This document shows positions 35,679-48,613 of a DNA stretch of 64,000 bases, one piece after another. The position numbers and the translations under genes are program-made. The notes under the pieces were generated by a model. It made no database searches. It was not told the origin of the DNA and saw nothing but the letters and a program-made list of their open reading frames with translations. Position 1 is the stretch's first letter; every line of letters starts with the position of its first letter. This DNA is from Orbicella franksi (lineage: Eukaryota), in assembly GCA_964199315.1 (NCBI GenBank), contig OZ116704.1:30256001-30320000 (forward strand), read 5' to 3'.

Positions 35679-36510
35679 GAGTGTATCTAAATGTCCAGAG
35701 TCGAGGGTAACATGTCGAGGGTCGAGGGTAACTTAAAAAATATATTTAAATAAAGTGAAAAATAAAAATACAGTATATATGAAATAAATTGCTGAAGAAA
35801 TAAAGACAGAACTTTTTTTAAAGAGAAGGGATGGCAATGTCTGTTTTATCCACTTGTCACGCGACGTTTTGGTCATAGAAATGATCTCCATTAACTGCAT
35901 TTACTATACTCGTACGCTCAAAAGACTACAGTTACACCCTGCTTTAGAGCTGGTGGTCTAGTATTGCCCAGTTTCCAATAAATACCAAACAAACTAGAGA
36001 GAACTGTTTGAAATTATCCAATGTTATCTTGGGTAGTCAATGAACAAGCAGGAAGGCATTGAGGGCTAAGATAAGATGACAGACATGCCATACCCTATTC
36101 TTTAGTACTTCACATAACCCTATTTCAATCCACTGTGTTTACGTTAATTTTGTTTGCTTGGCGAGTATTAGAACAAGCCATGAAAACAATGAAAACAAAG
36201 ATAGTTACTGGTTTATAATAATGTTCTACAGTCCTAAATGGAGATAATAAGCGTAAATATCGAGAAATGAAAATTGGCGTGCATGTGTCACGCAACGCTT
36301 TACTCAAAAAAAAAAAAAAAAGCTGGAGAAAGAAAATTCTCTCTTGATATCTTCAGCAATTTATTTCACATATACTATATTTTTATTTATTTTATATTTT
36401 TTTATTTTTCACTTTACGTTAATATATTTTTTAAGTTACCCTCGACCCTCGATATGTTACCCTCGACTCTCGACATTTTACCCTCGACTCTCGACTCTCG
36501 ACAACTAGAT
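35679..36510. mobile_element. Mutator-like non-autonomous element with long TIRs
   Basis: Inverted arms of about 140-190 bp containing GTCGAGGGTAAC/TCGAGAG repeats, flanked by the direct repeat AACGTCTAAC (35669-35678 and 36511-36520). Confidence 0.7.
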
Positions 36511-37560
36511 AACGTCTAACATAACGACGTTAGAGAGGTTAAGCATGACGTTTACAGCAAACGGCAAACGGCAAAAATTAAAATGTTGTCGCCTCTCTTC
36601 AGCTGTGTGTACAGTAGAGTGAAACTATTTGTATTTACAATGAATAGTAGGAGACGTTATTCCATTTTTGTGTGCTTTATTTACGGATTAGAAGAAAAGA
36701 ACTCAAAATCAGAAGTTATCTATCAATAATTCTAATACGTGTTTGGGTGATAATTGATGAAATGACGGGTTATTAAATAAACGGAACATTTATCTTGCTA
36801 ACACATCTGCGTGATCTCTTGATTGTATTCACACATTCTTGACTACAGCATTCACAGGAGATTAGCAGATCAGAATCGCTGACACGAGCCATGTTTATGT
36901 TTGAATGCTTTATAGTCCGGCGCAATTTCCATTACTACAGATATTTTATGTGTGTTCTATTCCTTTCATGAAATTACAGGTTTGCAGCACTTAGAGTTAA
37001 TTGAAAGAATTCGTGAAAAGAGAATGCATAATACTCGTGTGAAAGTTCGAAATGGTGTAAAAAAACAAGGTTATCACCAAGATTATTCAATTTCAAGACA
37101 AATATCAAAGGCCGCTTTAATCGGCTCAGACAAGCCAGACACCAGATAGTAAAGGGCTCTTGATTCCTGTTTCCGGAGCATGATATGATCAGAGCCCTGA
37201 TATTCAAAACACGAATATGGTAACCAAGTATAAAAATGAATTTGGGCCCCTTTCACCCCTACTTATTGAGTGCAAAACATTACCAATGAAGGAAACTTTA
37301 CCCCAAGAAGAATTGCAACATTTGTTAGATGGCCTCGATCGGATTTAGGTGATAGTTCGGAACTGATGCGTTCTTTTTCGACAGATTACCATGCTGACCT
37401 ATACTGTAGTGCATAAGTGCTCAAAGTATTGCGTTACTGGGCGTTACCAAGCTTCACATTTATAGTCCCGCCTGTCTTCTTCACACTGAGTTTTCCGCAA
37501 TACTGTAGCTGCACTTTAGCTCACTGCTAGGAACATACCACGCACGGGTGAACGTTGGAC

Positions 37561-40500
37561 ATGTGGATAACTGTGATCCTAATTTACATCGCAATTCCTC
37601 TAATTAGTGGAGCGAAAATACTCGGTGTGCTAATGACAGAATCCAAGAGTCATTACTCGAACTTGAGGAACGTGGCAGACGAAATGGCATCGCGAGGTTA
37701 TGAGGTTTGTGATCTCACTGAGTTGGTATCAATGTGTAGCATTGGAGTTACATGTAAGACTGATCACTCAACACGCAATTTTTGTAGTCGTAAGGTGTCG
37801 TAGGTAAGACCATGCACTTATTTGGGGTTCGGTAAGTTGTTTCTATGCGGAAGATTAGGGCGATGTTAATTGGCGTAACTGTTCCATCACCGCGTTTGGA
37901 AAATTAGCGTGCTATAAAAGGCTTGGGGCTAGGGGACAAAAATATATTTTACAGCTATTATGGAGTTCTCATGAATTAATCGAAATACCTTACTTTATTA
38001 GACTGCCTAGGCCGCTAGAGGCCAGGCTTGTTTCATGTTCTGCGTTAGAAATTAAGTTGATTCAAGGGTCATTCAAGGGTCAATAACCACGCGGCCTGGG
38101 CCCGAGCGCGGTTCGCCAAAAGAATGAGGATCGAGGACAACCCGCTCCGGAAGGATTCTACTGTGGTAGTTGTGTGTAGTCATCATCACTATTCTCACTC
38201 CCTTGGTTTCATTTTTATCTTTTTCAGGTAACTTTAGTTGTCCCATCTACCATATCTTTTCCAGCGTCGATCTCAGTGCAGCATTTAGTTTACAAATACC
38301 CTTTCGACGAGAAACATGTAGAAAAGACATTAGTACCAATGTCGCATTCTCGATCGCTCTCGGAAATTGTAGATGATCACAAAATGTGGATGGATTTCTT
38401 TATCACCTCGTGTAGAGCTTTGATAACTTACGTTAAGCTTCATAGGGAAGAACTAAGCAAATTCGACCTAATGTTTCGTGACACTCCTCCAGAATGTGGA
38501 GCTATCGTCTCCGAGATGCTGGGTATTCCAAGAATCGACATCAGACCAGGAATGGCGATGCGACTTTACAAAGATATAAGCGTGGTGTCATATATCCCTG
38601 ATATGTTCTCCTCGAACTCTGATAGAATGAGCTTTGTGGAACGAGTTGTTAACTTGATTTCTCATACTCTGACGTGGGTAACAATTTACCAATATTACGC
38701 ACGCTTCGACGAACTAAGGAAAGAATTTGGCGTACAGGAACAAAGATCGTTCGAGGACTCTCTTAACAACGTAGAGGTGGTCATAATCACGGGTCATTTT
38801 GCTCTGGAATATCCTCAGCCAATTCTACCAGGTAAGAGCTATTATTCAAACAGTTAGAGGTTGTCACTTGGCGCTGGTGATGTGGAGACGGCTGATGTGG
38901 TATGATCGCTAACGTCGAGACACCAGTCGTCCATAAAATCTGCTCTCAACCAACATTGACACCGAGTTGAATTTTTTTTACTCGTGTCCCTTCTTCACCT
39001 TTTTCATGGTCCGAGAAGGAAATCAACTTTTAATAACTAGATCTTAAGCATAACCTTTACCACCATGGTGGCTGCACGACTCGTGCTGAGGAACTTTTTT
39101 TTTAAATCTGTACATATCTTATTGTAACAACATCGACACAAAAATGTTCGTTAATCTATTGTTTTAAATCAAAGCTACCAAACTAGTGGGACCATTGACA
39201 GTGAAAACTCCAAGTCCACTTCCAAGAGACCTGGAGCAGTTTATCATTGGAGCAGGAGACAAAGGGATAATCCTGTTTTCATTGGGAACACTCGGGGATG
39301 AAGTGTTGCAGAAACACCAGGTGGAAATGTTGGCCGAAGCTTTCGGGAGACTGGAGCAAAGAATCATATGGAGATTAAATGGTATGTTAAGACATTATAA
39401 GAATAGCAGATTACGTTTTATCCTCAGGACACATGAATTCTAGCGATCTCGTCGACTGCAATCTATGAATCAAGGAGCTTTTAATTCGGTATTTTATCAA
39501 ACAAATAAAGATGCCCGGACAGTGCTCTGTTCTGTTGTAAAGCACTCAGGAAGTGGTAGAGCACGAAAGTGTAGGGAGAAACACGAGTAGTCGAGTGTTT
39601 CTCCCTACTTCTTGAGTGCTCTACCGCTTCCTTAGTGCTTTACAACAGAACAGAGCACAGTCGAGGCTTCTTTGTTTGTTTGTTATAAAGAATCCATTAA
39701 TTTACCCAAGCATTCGACTGAATTTTCAAACCGAACTTTATTTTCCAAACGAGGAAAAGTGGCGTCACTGTGCATCTGTTCTCTGATAAAGCACGCGAAA
39801 ATACGCCAATCACAATCATTGTTAGGATTATTCAAATAATTTCCTTGGCTAACGAGACAACAGCTGTCAATCACAACCTGAATTTCATTGAGTTAACCTT
39901 TCGGTTTCGGGTAGCTTTCGAGAGAAGAACGATTGCTTCAAAGTTCGCTTCTTCGCTTGATTTTTTGAATAAGGATCTAAAGGTTTCTAGTCCAGAGGAA
40001 CCCGGCCGCATTGGGGCTTATGAAAACGTGCACTTTTCCAGTGGAAATTACGAAACAAGGAGCTCAAAGCCCGCGGATGAAAATGGGAAATGCTAAGTTG
40101 TAATTGAATGGAACTACAGTTACTTTACGACTTGCAGCGAGATTGCCCGAACTAGCCTCAAAGCTGGAAAGACTAAGACTACTCCTAATGGTTCTACTCT
40201 GAGTACAGGAGAGAATATCTGAGCAAGCTTTAAACTGATCGCTCGTCGAGTGAGCGTTTTAATTGTTGAGGTTCACTTCGCTGAGACTACCGGAGATCGC
40301 TAGTAAGCAAAGGAGCGTTACCACATTGCATGTCATTGTGTTGTTTTAGCATTTGTGCAAAAATAAAGCTTCCCGTCATAAACAGAGACAGCTCAATTGG
40401 CATTTTCTGTCGTTGTTTTCCTTAACTATAATTTATAATTTATAAATTTGTGAGCCAGCTTACCGTCATCAACCCGCGCGTCTGTTCTCTGATAAAGCAC

Positions 40501-40605
40501 GCTTTTTCAGCCAATCAGAACGCGCGTTATATGCAAACGTTATTATAAAGCCTCTTATACTTGTAATGATCTGCGAAACGATCGCTGGATGAAGGTCTTC
40601 TGTGT

Positions 40606-40638
<33 letters not shown>

Positions 40639-41753
40639 TTGTTTTGCTGTTTTTGCTTTGTTCTTTTTTCATATTAAAACTGAAGGCAGTTCCTAGCAAC
40701 CAGTGTTCTTTTCACTGACCCTACTATTCACGTAATCTGGGACTCTTCCTTCTCCATCAATGAACCCTTTCGCTCCTCCTGATGCCGAGGAGTTCTTAAA
40801 ATACGAAAGCAAGAATCCCGAACATCGATCCTGCTACTGAACTGACAGGATAAGCCGACCTCCTAGAAACAGGATCTAGATTTCTGAGAGAAACGTACGA
40901 ATCTTCTATATAATTATGCATCAGTATAATTGTAACACTTTACTCCTGTTGCTAAGTCTAAGCTTTGTAACTCCAGAATGTCTTCTTTCCTGAAGGTTAT
41001 GTTCCAAAGGGTCTTCCTCCAAACGTCAAAGTTCTTCCATGGATTCCACAGAATGACTTATTGGCCCATAACAGCACCAAAGCCTTCATCTCCCACACAG
41101 GTCACAACAGCTTATATGAGGCGGCTTTTTACGGTGTATCACTGATCTGCATGCCGCTTTTTCTTGACCAGTTTAGTAACTGCGCCCAGGCTCGATCAGT
41201 TGGCATGGCAATTGGTGTTGACATAAAGACTGTGACTGGTGATGAAATATACCAATCCATAAGGCGAATCATTCAAGAACCAAGGTATTTTCAGTTATAA
41301 CTTTAACACCCCCTGCGTTGATGCAGCTAGGTTATCCGAAAGAGACTGACATTGACTCAAGCCAAGATATTGCCACTGCCCTAACAGAACCACCAGCTAT
41401 GCAAGGCTAAGAAGGCTAAGGCCAGATCCTTTCTCCTAATGTTTGTGTGTGCATTCCTTTTTAGCTTCAAGGGTAATGCTACACGCATCTCGCGATTGTT
41501 GCGTGACAATCCGCGGACTTCCGTCCAGCAAGCCGCCGATTGGATTGAATATGTCCACAGACACAAAGGAGCCAAGCACCTAAGACCGGAAGTGTATAAC
41601 CTCCACTGGTACCAATATTATCTATTGGATGTACTTGCATTCCTTCTAACTACACTTTTTGCATTTTGCATCGCAATTACAATGCTTTTCAAACTGTTGT
41701 CCAAGATTGTTACCAAGCGTGCAAAGGGCGATAAGATTTCAAAGCAAGAATGA
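37561..41753 (+). CDS. UDP-glycosyltransferase copy 2, 510 aa
   Basis: Exons 37561-37704, 38228-38831, 39175-39381, 40996-41284 and 41465-41753, all in frame. It has KSHY with the catalytic His, the signature WIPQNDLLAH...PLFLDQ, a TM helix and the tail KGDKISKQE. Confidence 0.94.
39493..39689. repeat. Imperfect palindrome/hairpin repeat of about 195 bp
   Basis: The arms GTGCTCTGTTCTGTTGTAAAGCACT...GTAGGGAGAAACAC and GTGTTTCTCCCTAC...AGTGCTTTACAACAGAACAGAGCAC are reverse complements. Confidence 0.85.
40608..40637. repeat. (GTT)10 microsatellite
   Basis: Direct reading, in intron 3 of UGT copy 2. Confidence 0.9.
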
Positions 41754-43123
41754 GAGCTATTTCTAATGAGCACAGTTAAAAGATGCGGACAAAACTTTCG
41801 TTTGACACTAAGTTATTACTGTAATGAGGACGGTGTTTAGAACATCGTGTAGGATTGTTTCCAAGCGTGAAAAGGTCGGTCTTAGCTCGAGGCAAGAATG
41901 AGAGCCGTTTCCAGTAAGTTAAATTTGTAGGCACAGGGGCAGATCCGGGATTTTTCTTAGTAAGGGGTGCACCACTAAGGCATGGCGTAACTGACTGGTG
42001 AGGTAAACAAATTTCAAAAACAACTACGAAGAAAAAAGCTTCATCTCAAGGGAGGGGGGGGGGGGGGGGGGGTTGCGCAGCCCTTGCTCCCGTCTTCTAG
42101 ATCTACCTCCGAGGCACCTATAATGAGTCATTTGACCCTAAGAAATGGTTTTCACCAGGGTAGAAATACTCTCCTTCGTTACTTGGGAAACTGACGCAGC
42201 GCTTCTCCTTGAAAATGTTGCGAGACGACACAAATGAGGGAGCCGTGAGATAGACATTTAGGTTACATCCCCTCCTCCCTCTCTTCGACGTCCTCATGGA
42301 GTCTGCCATGCCAATAGTCGAAGCATTGCAGCTGCTACTGTTGAGTTACTGTAGGTGACACGCGTACAGGCCAACAGAATTGATTTCTTTGCAAAAGTAG
42401 GTAAAACTTAATAAAAAAAAAAGCTTTCTCCTAACTGTTCCGTCTAAACATTAGTTTTTTGTCTTATCAACGTTTTTGATTTTGAACTACAATGTAGAAG
42501 AGAGAGAACCAGAATCGTCCGTATAGTGCAAGGCATCAAAAGGCCGCCATGTTTTAAAACAATCGGCCTTTACCTACTAGTGAAGGCATTCCACTTCCAT
42601 CTACTCACTCCGCGTTTCCTTTAAACGTATCGTGCTTTGTTGTGTGCATGCCGTTCGATTTGCGATCATTTTGCATTTGGTAAAATTGCTGCTTACTAAC
42701 GTCCAGAAACGACCTGCTTTACCCCCTTCCACCCTTACCCCGCTAAACTTACAGTGAATATCACGACTTTGGGTGCATTCCTTGGGATGATCCAGATCAG
42801 GATCAAGGAATCGATGAATCCACGCTGGCGAAGGATTCATCGATTTGTTTGATGCACTATGTTCTAATCCGGGTGATCCTAAAGAATCGCATCCTTTCCC
42901 CCGTTTAAGTTTAGCTGTCACGGGGTTATCATGTGCGACTTTTTGTGGAGTGGTTGAGTCGCTTGGCAAATGGCCTACTTAACAGTTGTGATTTACATAA
43001 GACCCCGACGTAGCCATACACGTGGCAAAGATGATATAATATTCGGTGCCTACTCTCAAGAGCTGCATGCCATTTACATGCCCAACTGAGCAGCTCTGTG
43101 AAGGTGTCGGACAATTATTAATC

Positions 43124-46100
43124 ATGTGTATATGGATCACTGTTATTCTGCTTTGTACTGCGTCTTATCCGTCTAATGCAGCCAAAATACTCGGCGTGTT
43201 GATGACAGAATCGAAGAGTCGTTACTCAAACCTCAGAAATGTGGCAGATGAATTAGCATCACGAGGACATGAGGTTTGTGAACTTACTTATTGAGATTGT
43301 GCATTGAGTATCCATGATCTGAATGGATAAGCTTCATCATGGTGTACAGCCTAGCACCTGTACAAGATGTATGATTGAATATTACGTTTTGTTGTTTTGC
43401 TGTCACATCCAGATTTATAAAATATTTGGTAACAGTTGAGTAGGTTGTTTGTATGCAAGGCTATTTTTGACCATGTGGCAATTTTTCGCATAATTTTATA
43501 GAAAATCATCCAACCATTAAGTGGCTTTCTCAATTAGTATCTATCAAAACTAATATGTGACAACAATGATGTTTTTCTAAGGAGTCCTTGAGTACGATTC
43601 ATGGCTGATTAAAGTAGTGATGTTTTTAAGTTCTGCCTCAAAGTTGCACTAGTCTGCTTTGCACTTAACATCACAAGCAATGGATATTTCCGCGAGCTGA
43701 CAGGATTAACTTAGTCCTGCGCTGTGATTGGGTACACGCGCGGACCATAAGAACTATCCTGTCCATTCGGGTTTCCCCGAGAAGTTTCCCTCGTTGGTTG
43801 TTGTTAACCTCATGCAATGACCCTTTACCGACTAAGTCTACTCAGTGAAGGTTAGATATTGTCCTCTTTCTTTCTTGCGTGTTTATGGACCTCCACTGTG
43901 TCACGGTTCATAAACATAAAAGAGCTCTTGGCCACCATCAGCCATCTTGATCATAACCCATACTCAAACACGAAATGTAACAGAAGGTTGCGTGAACTTC
44001 AATCTAAAGAGGTAACAGGAAATGCAAAAATAAATAAATAAATAAATAAATAGATGATTAAAAGAGGCGACTGAAAGAATGAAGGGAAACTGTGGAGCTC
44101 GGTAGGTAAAGTCAGTTGCGTTTCTCTTTTGAAAAGAATTCACACGCGTGGTATGGTATGGCATCAGTTATTTTTTGACTAGAAATTTAGATTAAACTTT
44201 TAGTCAATAAGTTTTGTTTTTTCTTTCTTTCTATATCTTCAGATCACTTTAGTTGTTCCATCCATCTTACCATTTCCAGCGTCGCACACAGTGAGGCATT
44301 CCGTCTACACCTACCCTTTCGAAGAGGATCATCTGGAAAAAACTATAGTACCAAAATCTCATAATCGACCTCTTTGGGAAATTTTCCAGGATAATAAAAT
44401 GTGGATAGATAACTTTATCATGCCATGCAGAGCTTTGATTATTTACGTTAAGCTACACAGGAAAGAACTGAGAAATTTCAATCTAATGTTTTGTGATTCC
44501 CCTCCAGAATGTGGAGCTATCGTCTCCGAGATCCTGGGACTCCCAAGAATCGATTTAAAATTGGCAGGCGCGATGAGATTTTTCAAAGATATAAGCGTGG
44601 TTTCATACATTCCTGATATTCTGTCGTGGAACACTGATAAAATGAGCTTTGTAGAGCGGGTTGCAAACTTGTTGTATCACGTGCTAATGTCTGCTACAAT
44701 AATGTACAATTATGCTCTCTGTGACGGACTTCGGAGAGAATTCGATGTACAAGAGGAGAGATCTTTCCAGGACTCTATTAACAAGGTGGAGATGGTTATA
44801 ATCATGGGTCACTTTGCATTGGAATATCCTCAACCAATTTTACCAGGTACGAGATAATAGTGAGGCCGGATAGAAGCCCAGACTGGGAACTGCTCCTCAA
44901 AGCGGTTTTCCACAAAACAACTCAAACGGTTGATCGTAACATAATACGGCCTAAACCATGCAAAACTGTAATTTTAGCAAGTGCTGTTTGAGGGCAGGGT
45001 GTTTCGTAGAGGGCCGCAAGGCCCCTCAAAGATTCAGAACGATGATAATTAATCTTCAATAACTGAGGAAGTCTATATCACAAAGTGTTTCACAGAAGGG
45101 TCTTCAATTGACAAAATATCACATAAAAATGAAAACAATTAAGGAAAATTACTACGAACTTACGAAAACCTCAGATCTAAAATTGACCAAAAGTAGCTAT
45201 TAACAGGTGGGGCATGTAATGCGTGTGTAGTCAAATACCATTTCTTGAGTGATTGGATTTGATATTCTTATAGTAATTCAAATTCTCCCCTGGCCCAAGC
45301 TGGCTGGCTCACTTCAAGCGGCTTTTATGGTTAGACCAGGAATTACCTAACTCACTTTTTTCTCAATTACATCAGCTCCGTGAGTGGCTGCCCATTGTTT
45401 CCGTGTTTTACGTAATGATTACATTTGAAACTATAGTTTAAGTTTACCTCCTGTTTTAAGCACAGCCACCAAACTAGTGGGACCGTTAACAGTGAAACCC
45501 CCAAGTCCACTTCCACAAGACCTGCAGCAGTTTATCAGTGGAGCAGGAGACAACGGGATAATACTGTTTTCATTAGGAACACTCGGGGATGCAGTAATGA
45601 CGAAAGACCAGGTGGACATGTTGGCCGAAATATTCGGAAGACTGGAGCAGGGAATAATATGGAGATTAAACGGTAAGTTAAGGTATAAGGTGTTAACTCA
45701 TCTAGGGAGAGAAATAAGGAGCATTATAACTGTTAGTGTGCGGTCTCATAACGCAAAATCATGTATGTTAAACTTGGCGTGCGCTTTTGCCGAGATTGTC
45801 CTCGGTCACCATCAATGGGCCTGCCATAAAGCGCGTTACTGAGTTAAAATATATTGGTGTTATCTTTGATGAACACCTCAGCTGGAGCGAACATGTTAAA
45901 GCTATTGTTGGTTTCTAAGGCTGGTAGGCGGATCGGTATGCTAGGCCGTGCGTGCCGATATATCACTTTACATAGTGCTAATGCCATTTATATTTCAATG
46001 ATTGCACTGATTATAAAAGTATATCAGCATACAAAGATTCCGGCAAAATCAGTATATTCTTCATGGGAGAGTGAAATTGTGTTTACTTTACTCTCGCAGT

Positions 46101-47109
46101 GCCTCGCTCCAGCCAGGTGTATAAATGGGTGCCGGCGACCTTAATACTGTGGGTAACCCTTCGATGGACCTGCATCCCATCCAGAGGGGAGTAGAAATGC
46201 TCCTAGTCACTTCATGCTACAGAAACCGGGATAAGTTCTGGCTTAATGGGTCATTTGGCTCGAATGCAGACTTAACCTTTACCTAATGTATCACTCGGTA
46301 CATGAGTATATCCATGAGTCTCTATGAGTACTTCCATATATGAGTACTTCCACGAGTATATCCCTAAGTATCCATCTTAAACTCAATTGTGTCGCTATAA
46401 TGTCTTTTTCCCAAAGGATACATACCGATGGATCTTTCCTCAAACGTGAAAGTCCTCCCATGGATTCCACAGAATGACTTATTGGCCCATAACAGCACCA
46501 AAGTCTTTATATCGCACACAGGTCACAACAGCTTATTTGAAGCAGCTTTCTACGGTGTGCCACTGGTTTGCGTACCGATATTCTTTGATCAATTTAGTAA
46601 CTGCGCGCAGGCTCAATCGGTTGGCATGGCAATTGGTATTGATATCAAGACAGCGACTGGTGATGAAATATACCATTCGATAGGGCGAGTACTCGAACAA
46701 CCAAGGTAATTTTACTCAATTTGTATAGTCACCTACTTCGTCAATAAATAACTATTTCATATGGCATCGCCATTTAATCCTACGGACCACAAATGAACTG
46801 TTTTATCTGTTTTAACTTTTTCTTCATAGCTTCAAGGGTAACGCTACTCGCATCTCGCGATTGTTGCGTGACAATCCGCGAACTTCCGTCCAGCAAACCG
46901 CTGACTGGATTGAATATGTTCACAGACACAAAGGAGCCAAGCACCTCAGACCGGAAGTGTATAATCTCCACTGGTACCAATATTACCTCTTGGATGTACT
47001 TGCATTCCTTTTAACTACAATTTTTGCATTTTGCTTTGCAATGAGAGTGCTGTTTAGGCTGTTATGTAAGATTGTTGTCAAGCAAGGACCAAGACTGGAC
47101 TTCCAATAA
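43124..47109 (+). CDS. UDP-glycosyltransferase copy 3, 509 aa, altered C-terminus
   Basis: Exons 43124-43273, 44243-44846, 45466-45672, 46417-46705 and 46830-47109, all in frame. It has KSRY, the signature ...PIFFDQ, and ends KIVVKQGPRLDFQ*. Confidence 0.92.
45805..46005 (+). mobile_element. Frameshifted L2/CR1-like RT fragment in intron 3 of UGT copy 3
   Basis: VTINGPAIKRVTELKYIGVIFDEHLSWSEHVKAIV, then a frameshift, then SKAGRRIGMLGR. This matches the KYLGVxxDxxLSWxxHI...KA motif of non-LTR RT thumb regions. Confidence 0.75.
46090..46285 (+). mobile_element. 5'-truncated SINE copy
   Basis: CTCTCGCAGTGCCTCGCTCCAGCCAGGTGTATAAATGGGT...CATCCCATCCAGAGGGGAGTAGAAAT...TTCATGCTACAGAAACCGG, shared with 830-1062 and 35051-35330. 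Confidence 0.7.
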
Positions 47110-48613
47110 AAGCCTTTAGGCCGTTTCGCGACCGTACTACCATGACAATGCAATACGCATACATAGTATTCAGCAATTTTACGTTTTAACCTTACCTAGC
47201 TTAACATTTTTTGACCTCGCGTTTTAAACGAATTTATCCCTTTTTAAATTTAGTTTTTTTCCTATATTTGATGGTGACATCTAGTTAATTAGTTGGTAGA
47301 AAAAAACCAGACTTCAATACTGAAGATACTACAAGAGAAATGAAGCTACCACTCTAGAATGTTGTTCGAATAAAGGTATTATCGTTTTTAAACATAATTC
47401 AGTGTCGCTGTGATTCTTAGATATATAAGGTTCAGTTGATAAAGGAGAGTGCTTGACAATCCAAGTGGGCCTCAACCAACGCGAGGTTATACGGTTCACA
47501 AAAGATTCCCAAACCTCTGGCGCCCAATTCTACGTATAAATCTACTTTTCGTCCTATTGTTTCTACCATCCTCGTCCTATTGCTTCTACCATCCATCCAG
47601 GAACATCCAATTACAACCTTCATGACCAAAATCTGCGATTTTCCCTACCCTATTTATGACCTGATCAAAATTTTGATACCCTGTTTATGACCGTTGCGGT
47701 TGACACAGTTGCCCTAAACATAAGTTATGAAGGGCCTTTATCGATGGTCTTATCCATAATGATGAAAAAGCAGCTTCCTCTAAAAACATACTCAATTGAA
47801 ATCTAGATTGCAAAAACAATACCCTCTTTATGACCAAAATGGCCAAAATCGATACTCTATTTATGACCAAAACGGCTGAAAAACCACACCCTTTGGGGCC
47901 GCATATACCTATATAGCCCATACATGGGAGAACCCCGCGCGTAATTGACGTACATTTTGGCAAACGTTCGGGTAAAAACCTTACCAAATAACTGGCTAGC
48001 AGACATAACTGAAAACTGGTTAGCTTGGTTGTTTCCGAACAACTGGCAACTCTCGGAACTAGGCAGCTTTAGTTAAACGCGTTACGCGATAAGCACCATT
48101 GCGATATATAAATTCAAATGCAGCACGCGCGCAACATTGAACGTAAACGGCGCGCGTCAAACTTGACAATTAAGATAAGCTGACTGTTCAGCGAAAAAAC
48201 GTCTTTGATTACATTGATTATTTGAGTTTCGCTGCACAGAGGTGTACATTAAAATATGTACTTTTAATCATAAGGCGATCTCACTTCATGCAAGGAGATT
48301 TGGAGATCCTAAATAGAAGCAAGAGCACGCAACGAGTGAAAAAATACACTGCTTTTCATCCAATGGGAACGAAAAGTAGCCCTAGTATGAGAATGCAACA
48401 AAACTGCATTTTCGCAAAACCGCTCTACTGTTTCGCCCTTTTATTACAGGCCAATTAAAGTACCCGTGATGCAATAGCAGAGTCGTTGCGTGACCTCAAC
48501 ATAACAATTGAGGCTTGAGCTCTGCAACCGATTCACTGGTTGCAATTCTGTTTCAACAAACTAACAAGGCTCACTAAAAAAACTGGAACTTTACGTATTT
48601 ACGATTATCTATC

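Noticed and set aside
35930-36100. GGLVLP-containing stretch inside the long-TIR element as an RT remnant
   Set aside because: It is a single short motif with many stops, which is not enough evidence.
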